A DNA stretch of 64,000 bases from Thermoplasmatota archaeon. Lineage in GTDB: Archaea; Thermoplasmatota; E2; DHVEG-1. The stretch's first letter is position 1. Every line of letters begins with the position of its first letter. The stretch is taken from positions 5,635-69,634 of the forward strand of contig JALOTN010000006.1 in assembly GCA_025457885.1 (NCBI GenBank), read 5' to 3'. Made by a program: the position numbers and the translations under genes. The notes under the pieces are model-generated. The model worked only from the letters and a program-made list of their open reading frames with translations. It was not told where the DNA came from and made no database searches. Positions 1 through 8,043 of the stretch are shown piece by piece.

Positions 1-131
1 AAAGATATAGTATATGATTGTCCATTCGTTCAAGAAGTTTACTCTTTGAAAAAAAGCTGCCAAGTATATCTTTTTTTAACATTGTATTTAACATCGTATC
101 TTTTTTTAACTACAAGCTCTTATCCCCTATA

Positions 132-1289
132 ATGACTTCTCTTGATACTCGCAAGAAACAAAAAATATTCAAAGAATTGACTACCCTACAGCAGCGTGAT
201 TTTACTTTTTCCAGCGGTCGTATCCTTGGTTCTATGTGCACGGTTCCCCATCCTATCGCTCGAGAGATATACCAGCAATTCCTTGAGACCAACCTAGGGG
301 ACCCTGAGCTTTGCCCTGGGACAAAAGAAATCGAAAAACGATACATCGCTTTCATCTCCAAGTTGCTCCATGCACCAGCCTCATCAGCAGGGCAGATAGT
401 GAGTGGAGGCACTGAAGGGAACATAACCGCGATGTGGATCGCAAAACAACTCAGCGGAAAAAAAGAAATCCTTCTCCCAACCAGTGCTCATTTCTCGTTC
501 CAGAAGATAGCATCGTTAATGGACATGAGACTCACTGAGGTCCCTGTCACAAAAGAATATGTCATGGATATCAATGCTTTGAAAAAAAAGATACGGAAAA
601 CCCCAGCAGCAGTTGTTGGTCTTGCAGGATCAACCGAGCTAGGAACAATTGATCCTCTCCCTGAGATTAGTGATCTTTGTTCGGAGGAACATGTTTTCTT
701 CCATGTGGATGCGGCGTTCGGTGGTTTTGTCATCCCTTTCCTTAAAACCCTTCATTATAAGGTTCCAGCGTTTGATTTTTCTCTAAAAGGAGTCAGTTCT
801 GTATCGATAGACTCTCATAAGATGGGGTACGCTGCGATTCCCCTTGGAACAATTGTGATTCGCAGGAAACAATGGCTCAGTACCATCAGTGTGGATTCTC
901 CCTATATCAGCAGCGAAAAACAAACGGGGATTCTTGGGACTCGTTCTGGTGCACCGGTTGCTGCCGCCTACGCCATTGCGCAGTACCTTGGCTTTGCTGG
1001 CTATACACAGATGGTTCGTTCCTGCATGGATGTTACACGGTATGCCCAGAAACGGATCGAAGAGATTGGTCTAAACCTTGTAGTTTCCCCAACCATGAAT
1101 GTGCTTGGGGTCAAACTCAAACGACCAGGGGTCATCGTCAAAAAACTCTCTGAACGAGGCTGGCGGGTCAATAAGGTGGAGCGATTGTCGTGTATCCGTA
1201 TTGTTATGATGCCGCAAATCACAAAACAGATTATTGATGAGTTCATTCCAGTGTTGAAAAAAACTTGTGACGAGGTTGGTGAACTATGA
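132..1289 (+). CDS. mfnA: L-tyrosine/L-aspartate decarboxylase MfnA (PLP-dependent, methanofuran/CoA-type archaeal decarboxylase)
   Basis: About 385 aa from the ATG at 132 in the 18..1289 ORF. Strong archaeal MfnA-like N-terminus (RILGSMCTxPHP, SGGTEGN), a group II decarboxylase fold, and the S-x-HK PLP-lysine region (SIDSHKMGY). The 5' part of the listed ORF is an alternative-start extension. Confidence 0.8.
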   Translation: MTSLDTRKKQKIFKELTTLQQRDFTFSSGRILGSMCTVPHPIAREIYQQFLETNLGDPELCPGTKEIEKRYIAFISKLLHAPASSAGQIVSGGTEGNITAMWIAKQLSGKKEILLPTSAHFSFQKIASLMDMRLTEVPVTKEYVMDINALKKKIRKTPAAVVGLAGSTELGTIDPLPEISDLCSEEHVFFHVDAAFGGFVIPFLKTLHYKVPAFDFSLKGVSSVSIDSHKMGYAAIPLGTIVIRRKQWLSTISVDSPYISSEKQTGILGTRSGAPVAAAYAIAQYLGFAGYTQMVRSCMDVTRYAQKRIEEIGLNLVVSPTMNVLGVKLKRPGVIVKKLSERGWRVNKVERLSCIRIVMMPQITKQIIDEFIPVLKKTCDEVGEL

Positions 1290-1849
1290 GTCTGAAGCAT
1301 TTAGAAAAATCATTGTATGAAGCCCCCATCGTGAAAAAAGGTGAATATGATTATGTTATTCATCCTATCACTGATGGAGTCCCGTTTATCACCCCTGAGT
1401 TGCTTCGAGAGGTGACGGATGCGATGAAAAAACATATCAAGAAATGCGGGAAGTTTGATCGTATCGTCACTATGGAAGCGATGGGTATTCCTCTTGCCTC
1501 TGCCTTATCCCTTGATTTGGGGATCCCTTTTACAATCATCCGGAAACGACAATACGGATTGCCTGGTGAGGTGTCTGTAGAACAGGTGACTGGGTATTCT
1601 AAATCAAAGATGTATGTCAACGGATTGAAAAAAGGAGACACCGTTATTTTAGTAGATGATGTGCTCAGCACCGGTGGGACCTTAAAAGCAGTCCTGTATG
1701 TTCTTAAAGAGATCGGAGTCAATGTCAAAGGTGTGTTCATCGCAGTCTACAAAGGAACCTGCAAAGAACAAATAATGAAAGAATATACTATTCCAATAAC
1801 GACGATAGTGGATATCGATGTGGTTGAAGGAAAAGTACAAATAAAATAA
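1286..1849 (+). CDS. hpt: archaeal hypoxanthine/guanine phosphoribosyltransferase (type I PRTase)
   Basis: 187 aa with the PRPP-binding motif VILVDDVLSTGGTL. Its ATGA start overlaps the mfnA stop, indicating translational coupling. Confidence 0.7.
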   Translation: MSLKHLEKSLYEAPIVKKGEYDYVIHPITDGVPFITPELLREVTDAMKKHIKKCGKFDRIVTMEAMGIPLASALSLDLGIPFTIIRKRQYGLPGEVSVEQVTGYSKSKMYVNGLKKGDTVILVDDVLSTGGTLKAVLYVLKEIGVNVKGVFIAVYKGTCKEQIMKEYTIPITTIVDIDVVEGKVQIK

Positions 1850-1892
1850 TTTTTTCAATCTGTTCTGATGTTAGTTAAGAGCTACCGAATGA

Positions 1893-2255
1893 TTAGATTA
1901 TCTTACTGTTATTTATCTTTCCGTTAATGAATTCTTGTAACCATATCCAAAGTTTATCCAAGGTTCTTCTTATGAAATTAGATAAAGGATTGTTCCCTCC
2001 TATGGTTGCAACCAAGTAATACAAAAATAAAATTCGGTAAACCGACGCATTATGACTCAAGTTAAGGATCCCTGAATTGTTCACGAAAGCATCGACTGTT
2101 GATTGTATTAACAGCATCTGTGAGGGAAGATAGTTTCTGTCATTTCGTTCGCACATTTTTCGAGCAATAAAATCTTGGATAACCCCTGCTTCGCAAACCA
2201 ATGTTCCCATACATAACAAAGAACAGACGATTACAAATAGCATGCTTTTCTTCAT
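1893..2255 (-). CDS. small secreted hypothetical protein (signal peptide)
   Basis: 120 aa with an N-terminal hydrophobic signal (MKKSMLFVIVCSLLCMGTLVCEA). It is the last gene of a three-gene minus-strand cluster with overlapping or abutting ORFs. Confidence 0.4.
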   Translation of the reverse strand: MKKSMLFVIVCSLLCMGTLVCEAGVIQDFIARKMCERNDRNYLPSQMLLIQSTVDAFVNNSGILNLSHNASVYRILFLYYLVATIGGNNPLSNFIRRTLDKLWIWLQEFINGKINNSKII

Positions 2256-2257
2256 GT

Positions 2258-2923
2258 TCAGTACCTCCAGATAACAGCACCTAATGTATCCCAGAAATCT
2301 GTAATGAATCTATCCATAAAACTCATAGGAAACGTAAAGAGTAATATGGCGATAAGAACCAATGCAATAATAGGTAAGACGATCATCCCAATCAGAACAC
2401 CAAGAATACCAAATTGATATATCAGGGTTCTGAAATTCAAAAGTTGATAATCAGAAAAATAAACAAATAACTCTTGAAGAATTACGACCGAGGCGGCAAA
2501 GGAACAAAAAACCATGAGTGCGGGTATTACAATGATAGACGTCAATGCTATCGTCATAAGAATTGTCACCTGATTATGACCGAATAATAGAGCCAGTAAC
2601 ATGTATGTATATTCAATGAGATACACCAAAGACACCCAGATCATAGTAGGTGAATGAGTGCCATTATACCGATATACCATCGCTTCGACAGTTTCATGAA
2701 GTGATTGTAACGTAGAATTCGAAAAATATTTTTCAAGATTTGATTTTGCTCTTAGAAATACTTTCGATTGCACAACCTTTACAATAGTATCCAATGTTCT
2801 GTCCCTTTGTTGAATAATTTGTTGAATTGGTTTAGCGTTTGAATAGGACACAAGTGTCGTTGCAGAGAGAAAAACAACCAGTACCATCATCAGCCTTATT
2901 TTAGATCCTTTTCTTTTTTTCAA
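2258..2923 (-). CDS. hypothetical polytopic membrane protein
   Basis: 221 aa with a signal/TM N-terminus and several C-terminal hydrophobic helices. It overlaps the upstream 76-aa ORF by 23 nt. Confidence 0.45.
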   Translation of the reverse strand: MKKRKGSKIRLMMVLVVFLSATTLVSYSNAKPIQQIIQQRDRTLDTIVKVVQSKVFLRAKSNLEKYFSNSTLQSLHETVEAMVYRYNGTHSPTMIWVSLVYLIEYTYMLLALLFGHNQVTILMTIALTSIIVIPALMVFCSFAASVVILQELFVYFSDYQLLNFRTLIYQFGILGVLIGMIVLPIIALVLIAILLFTFPMSFMDRFITDFWDTLGAVIWRY

Positions 2924-3131
2924 CCTTTTTTCCTCCCTTGGAACATATTGTATGATGGATGATGAAAAAAAACACGAGACTTAATGTGATGTAGAGGAGT
3001 TTTTCTTGCAAAAGAGTCTGGATGTGAATTATTGGTTTTACGGTCACCGTTAAGGCGAAAACTACCAAAAAAGCATTGGTGCCGAAAATCCTAATTCCTG
3101 TGGTAAAAGAGCTCGTGTTCTTTTTCATCAT
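2901..3131 (-). CDS. small two-TM hypothetical protein
   Basis: 76 aa with two hydrophobic segments and a basic C-terminus. It is the first gene of the three-gene cluster. Confidence 0.3.
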   Translation of the reverse strand: MMKKNTSSFTTGIRIFGTNAFLVVFALTVTVKPIIHIQTLLQEKLLYITLSLVFFFIIHHTICSKGGKKVEKKKRI

Positions 3132-3285
3132 TCTACTCCCAGACTTAGTAGATTTTCCAGGGGTGTAATTTTATTTTCATCTATAAATATTTTATAGTGC
3201 AATCATCCAATCTTCATGTGTTTTTTATGTACTAATCCTTTTTTTTCATACAATAAACTATTTCAGCCCCTGCACTATTGCACAG

Positions 3286-3501
3286 TTGAGAACCATGACT
3301 GAGAAAATCCCACAACACATGCATTGTCAAATCTGTGGAAAAGCCATCCAAGCATCAGACTCAGAAACCCTCTGCTCTGAGGAATGTAAACAACGATACC
3401 AGAGTATGACGAAAAAACGCAAACTTTGGGTCTACATCATGTATGCCCTCATCTTTGTCATGATCGCCGTTTTATTCTTTTCCTCATATATTGGATATTA
3501 A
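3286..3501 (+). CDS. DUF2116-like zinc-ribbon protein with C-terminal TM helix
   Basis: 71 aa carrying the motif HCxxCGKxI...CSEECKQRY followed by a hydrophobic tail, the pattern of archaeal DUF2116 Zn-ribbon proteins. Confidence 0.5.
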   Translation: MRTMTEKIPQHMHCQICGKAIQASDSETLCSEECKQRYQSMTKKRKLWVYIMYALIFVMIAVLFFSSYIGY

Positions 3502-3544
3502 CCAAGAAGAATGATGAAAGAAAAATAAGGAGAAGACTATTCGG

Positions 3545-3739
3545 TTATTCTGCGAGTTCTTCCTGAAGATCGATGACCATTTCTGTGAGGACATCTTCGA
3601 ATATCTGATGACGGTATTCTTTGACAGAGCCGTTGGCAAGGTGCGCTCGTGCAACAAAATCTCGGCCGTCTTTCAGGATTTCAATGTGGCAGACTGTTTC
3701 CATGCTTGTCCCGTCCTGTTTCACTCCCGTATTCATCAA
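3545..3739 (-). CDS. small acidic hypothetical protein
   Basis: 64-aa ORF with no recognisable motif. Confidence 0.3.
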   Translation of the reverse strand: MMNTGVKQDGTSMETVCHIEILKDGRDFVARAHLANGSVKEYRHQIFEDVLTEMVIDLQEELAE

Positions 3740-3954
3740 TGATATTTATAATTTTTGTGCGATTGACCAACGATAAGTAAAACATCGCACTACATATCAT
3801 CGGTTCCCATATTTGGCTCACCCGAAGTAATGGTTCTCAGGTGGACGTGTTTGTTTGTTCTGTGTGTTTTCCAATCATAAGCTCTTGAGGTTTAAATATA
3901 AAACATATTTATAGAAGAACATTGATGTAAAATATGAATGCAGGGGGAAATCAA

Positions 3955-5238
3955 ATGAAAAATAGGTTTGGTAAACGTAATCGACTAGAGGCGGCACTCA
4001 TCGTGACTATTTTGATAATACCTATGGCGACGACTGCGTTTGCCTCTTCCCCGCAGATGTTACCATTTAATTCACCAACAAAATCAGTTGCTTATTTCGG
4101 TGATGAAATTGAATTAAAATATTATGATGAAGAAAATCTTGATCAATTAATTGGTATTTCAGGAGATGAGCCACCCTATACCTGGAAATCCGCTATTCGA
4201 TTAACTCATGATGAAATGGAACCATATGCTGATTGGACAATGACAAAAGTCAATGTCGCTTTCTGTGCTGACAATGGACAATCAGAGATTGACGTTCAGA
4301 TTTTCATTTACGATAAGGGGACATCAACACTCCCTGGTCCCATCATTGTTGAGGACACCACCGCTTGTTTGAATACAACGGGTATCACTGCTATCCCATT
4401 GGTCACCCCGGTCGATCTTGCGGGTCATGATGAACTCTGGGTTGCTGTTCAATGGACTCAAACTGCTCCTGGGCCTGGAGTGTATTACGCATGGTTAGAC
4501 ACGTTATCTGGTCCGCATGTTCCCAATAAAAGTGATTTTATCTTTTATAATAACGCTTGGAATCAGTTGCATATTTTGGTTCCATCCGCTGATGGCCGCT
4601 GGGGGTTAGGGGCGATCATCGAAGGCAGTCTCCCCGAACCACCAAATACACCAGTTGTATCAGGGCCAACCAATGGCGAGGTCGGTAGTCACTACTCCTT
4701 TACTCTTAATTCAACCGATCCGGAGGATGATGATATCTATTATCTTGTCGATTGGGGTGATGGTACTTCTGAAGACTGGATGGGACCTTATGACTCAGGT
4801 GAGACTGTCACTGTATCTCATTCGTGGAGCGAAAGAGGAACATATGTATTACAGGCGAAAGCAAAAGACGACCATGGTATGGAAAGTACTTGGTCCGATC
4901 CGTTTTATATAACGATCAGAGGACCGATTCTGATGCTTGGTAATATCACTGGAGGGATTGGTCAGATCTCTGTCGATATTGATAACATCGGTGATGCGAC
5001 TGCAATGAACGTCATTTGGACCATTCAAATCACCGGTGGTTTACTCCATCGAACAATCGTGGATATGTCTGAGACAATCTCGGAGATGGCACCTGCCACT
5101 TCGATAAAGGCAAAAGTACGACCGATTGGTTTTGGGTGGATTACGATTACCGTGACAGTTCATGCTCAATATACTCAGGGGATTCAGAAAACAGATGAAG
5201 GTATTCTTCTGTTTTTCATCACTTCCTTCCCTCCTTAA
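3955..5238 (+). CDS. secreted surface protein with PKD-like domain
   Basis: Signal peptide (MKNRFGKRNRLEAALIVTILIIPMATTAFA) and a PKD-type module YYLVDWGDGTSEDWMGPYDSGETVTVSHSWSERGTYVLQAKAKDDHGMESTWS. A GGGGG RBS lies 8 nt before the ATG at 3955, so the start is preferred over 3934. Confidence 0.6.
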   Translation: MKNRFGKRNRLEAALIVTILIIPMATTAFASSPQMLPFNSPTKSVAYFGDEIELKYYDEENLDQLIGISGDEPPYTWKSAIRLTHDEMEPYADWTMTKVNVAFCADNGQSEIDVQIFIYDKGTSTLPGPIIVEDTTACLNTTGITAIPLVTPVDLAGHDELWVAVQWTQTAPGPGVYYAWLDTLSGPHVPNKSDFIFYNNAWNQLHILVPSADGRWGLGAIIEGSLPEPPNTPVVSGPTNGEVGSHYSFTLNSTDPEDDDIYYLVDWGDGTSEDWMGPYDSGETVTVSHSWSERGTYVLQAKAKDDHGMESTWSDPFYITIRGPILMLGNITGGIGQISVDIDNIGDATAMNVIWTIQITGGLLHRTIVDMSETISEMAPATSIKAKVRPIGFGWITITVTVHAQYTQGIQKTDEGILLFFITSFPP

Positions 5239-5255
5239 ATGAAGAAAGTTAGGTC

Positions 5256-5266
5256 TTTTTTTTTTT
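5256..5266 (+). terminator. oligo-T archaeal terminator after PKD protein gene
   Basis: T11 tract beginning 18 nt after the stop at 5236..5238. Confidence 0.45.
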
Positions 5267-5393
5267 GGCCCTGAAATATACATATGGTTAGTTTTTCCGG
5301 TCTATAAGGAAGCTTTTTTTGGATTGAATTAAATATATTTTGTGCGCAAGGTATATGTGCCTTAGCATCATATCAAGATTGGGACGAGGGAGT

Positions 5394-6275
5394 ATGAAAA
5401 CAATAAGGAATGCGGTCGTCGCAGGCCAGTTTTACCCCGGGTCAGAAAAACATCTCCGGCAACAGATTGAGGAATGTTTTCTTAGCACAAGAGGCTATGG
5501 GAGACTTCCGCAAGTTAATAACAAACAAGGAACCCTGAAAGGCTTAATCGTCCCCCATGCAGGATTCATCTATTCCGGGGCGATCGCCTCACATGCCTAC
5601 GGCAGGCTTGCAGAGGAGGGATTCGCGGACACATTCATCATCCTTGGGCCGAACCATACTGGTATGGGATCTGGTGTTTCCGTGATGACCACGGGAGCCT
5701 GGAAGACGCCCCTGGGGGTTGTTCGAATCGACGAAGAACTCGCCGGGTCCATTGCAACCGGTATCATAGATTCTGATGTCTCTGCTCATACCTACGAGCA
5801 TAGCATTGAAGTACAACTCCCGTTCCTCCAATACCTCTCTTCAGAGAGACCCTTTGAGTTTGTCCCCATTTGTATGATGATGCAGGATTACGACACCGTC
5901 CTTGATGTCGGTGGCATCATTGCTGACGCAATACATCGTTCAAAAAAACAGATCATTATCATCGCCAGTAGTGATTTTTCCCATGCTGGGTTCAATTACC
6001 AAAGTACACCACCTCAAGGGATACGAGTTGATGAATATGCGACCCAACAAGATAACCTTGCCATACAACAGATCCTAACCATGAACCCACAACAATTAAT
6101 CGATACCGTTGAACAGCATAATATCACGATGTGTGGATCAGGGCCGGTCGCATCCCTGCTTCTTGCTGCAAAAAAACTCAAAGCAACCAAAGCGGAACTC
6201 TTAAAATACGGGACGTCCTATGAGGTACACCCGGATTCCTCCTGTGTCGGTTACGGAGCGATCGCGGTATCCTAG
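5394..6275 (+). CDS. MEMO1-family protein (AmmeMemoRadiSam system protein B)
   Basis: About 293 aa from the ATG at 5394, preceded by a GAGGGAG RBS. Motifs include AGQFYPG, PHAGxxYSG and GPNHTG. AMMECR1 and the cognate radical-SAM partner are not adjacent. Confidence 0.7.
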   Translation: MKTIRNAVVAGQFYPGSEKHLRQQIEECFLSTRGYGRLPQVNNKQGTLKGLIVPHAGFIYSGAIASHAYGRLAEEGFADTFIILGPNHTGMGSGVSVMTTGAWKTPLGVVRIDEELAGSIATGIIDSDVSAHTYEHSIEVQLPFLQYLSSERPFEFVPICMMMQDYDTVLDVGGIIADAIHRSKKQIIIIASSDFSHAGFNYQSTPPQGIRVDEYATQQDNLAIQQILTMNPQQLIDTVEQHNITMCGSGPVASLLLAAKKLKATKAELLKYGTSYEVHPDSSCVGYGAIAVS

Positions 6276-6285
6276 GTGACCAATC

Positions 6286-7239
6286 ATGAAGAGACAACCT
6301 GTACGAGACATCCAGCTTCAAAAAAATTTGACTACCAACCAGTTGATAAAAGAGCTATATGATGCGGGAGGTTTTTCAGCAAAGAAACTCGCGGAGGGCG
6401 TCGATATCCTCACCCGGATGATCCAGGAAAAGGATTGTGTGACGTTCCTGTCCTTTCCCGCGTGTATCATCTCCACCGGGACTCGAGGTGTCATCAAGGA
6501 ACTCGTGAAACGAAAACTCGTCGATGTCATCATCACCACCACGGGTACCCTTGATCATGATCTCGCACGTGTCTGGAAGGACTATTACCATGGCTCCTTC
6601 ATGGCCGATGATGCCCAGCTACATCAGCAGGGGATCAACCGCCTGGGGAACATCTTCATTCCCCTGGAATGCTACGGGACCATCCTTGAGAAGAAGATCC
6701 AACCCATCCTTGCTGAGCTGTATTTGAAACAACAGAAATGGTCCACGAAGGATCTCATCTGGGAGTTTGGGAAACGTCTTGAAAAAGAAAAGAACGGTAA
6801 GGACTCAATTCTTTACTGGGCATGGAAAAACAAGATACCCATGCATGTCCCTGGCATCACCGATGGAGCGTTCGGCGCCCAGCTCTGGATGTATTACCAG
6901 GAGCATCGGAACTTCACCATAGATCTCTTCAAAGATGAGCAAGACCTCTCCGACATCGTGTTTGATGCAAAAAAAACTGGGGCTCTCGTCATCGGTGGAG
7001 GCATCTCAAAACATCATGTGATTTGGTGGAACCAGTTCTGCAACGGGCTTTCCCATGTGGTGTATCTGACAACCGCTGTCGAGTACGATGGCAGTCTGTC
7101 TGGTGCACAGACTCGTGAAGCGATCTCTTGGGGAAAAATCGCGGAGAAAGCAGATAATGTGACCATCGAAGGAGACGCAACTGTGCTGCTCCCATTGATG
7201 ATCAGCGCGTTACTTGAACGAATAAAGGGATACGACTAG
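6286..7239 (+). CDS. dys: deoxyhypusine synthase
   Basis: 317 aa matching the DHS family: GGF-AKKLAEGVDIL, KDCxxFLSF, VDVIITTxG and ISWGKI. Confidence 0.8.
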   Translation: MKRQPVRDIQLQKNLTTNQLIKELYDAGGFSAKKLAEGVDILTRMIQEKDCVTFLSFPACIISTGTRGVIKELVKRKLVDVIITTTGTLDHDLARVWKDYYHGSFMADDAQLHQQGINRLGNIFIPLECYGTILEKKIQPILAELYLKQQKWSTKDLIWEFGKRLEKEKNGKDSILYWAWKNKIPMHVPGITDGAFGAQLWMYYQEHRNFTIDLFKDEQDLSDIVFDAKKTGALVIGGGISKHHVIWWNQFCNGLSHVVYLTTAVEYDGSLSGAQTREAISWGKIAEKADNVTIEGDATVLLPLMISALLERIKGYD

Positions 7240-7578
7240 CTAGGGGGTCATCCCTGGTCGTTTCTTCTCAAAAACCCGGTTCAGGATTTCTTTTTCATCC
7301 GTATCACGGATAAGCTCTTCTGGTTCTCTCTCCTGCATCGATGGTTTTTGCAATGAGTCCTGATGCTGATGCTTTCCTTTATGGAACGCACCATAAGCTT
7401 CGTTGATGAACTCGAGTTCTTCACGGGTCGGACACCAGGAAATCATGTTCTTATTGGTAAAAAAATTCGGTGAGTTCCGGTCAAACTGGATAGCGATCAT
7501 TAACTCCCCGGTGGTAACATCTTTTTCAAGCTGGAGAGAAACATAGATATTTTCTTGTTTTTTCATACAAGTTCCCAT
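7240..7578 (-). CDS. hypothetical protein
   Basis: 112 aa. Its stop codon abuts the dys stop on the opposite strand (TAGCTA at 7237..7242). A TATA-like AAAATATAAAAC lies about 30 nt upstream of the ATG, consistent with a leaderless transcript. Confidence 0.4.
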   Translation of the reverse strand: MGTCMKKQENIYVSLQLEKDVTTGELMIAIQFDRNSPNFFTNKNMISWCPTREELEFINEAYGAFHKGKHQHQDSLQKPSMQEREPEELIRDTDEKEILNRVFEKKRPGMTP

Positions 7579-8043
7579 CCTTGTTGTACTGTCGATAACA
7601 CATAGAAGGTTTTATATTTTTTCTTTTTTGTTAGATACAAAATGTTTTTTTTCTAATAAAAAAAATATGAAAAAGAAGAATCACATCTGTTTAGTGCTTT
7701 ATTGTGACTTCTTTAATAAACTCATAATTTTTTAAGGAAGATTTTAGGTACTGCATGATGAGTTGTTTTTGATCCGCGCTTAAGGTCATATGGACACCAT
7801 CAGATGTTAAAATAATCAAGGATTTCGAAAAACTCTTTTTTTAGTATATATCCTTGGTCTGTTTTTTTTATCAAATCATGTTTCAGGCAGAATTCAATTA
7901 CCTCATCCTGTTCTTCACGTTCATACATCTCTTGTTCACCTCACTTGGAATGGAGAGGATTCCATCTCTCTATAGTTTCTGTTGCCTCTGAAGATATTTA
8001 AACATAATCTGGTAGAATACCGGAATGATAATCAGCAGCAGGG

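Noticed and set aside
5340-5393. TTG-initiated N-terminal extension of the MEMO1 gene (MCARYMCLSIISRLGRGS)
   Set aside because: The extension has no family counterpart. An ATG with a GAGGGAG RBS at 5394 begins the conserved MKTIRNAVVAGQFYPG N-terminus.
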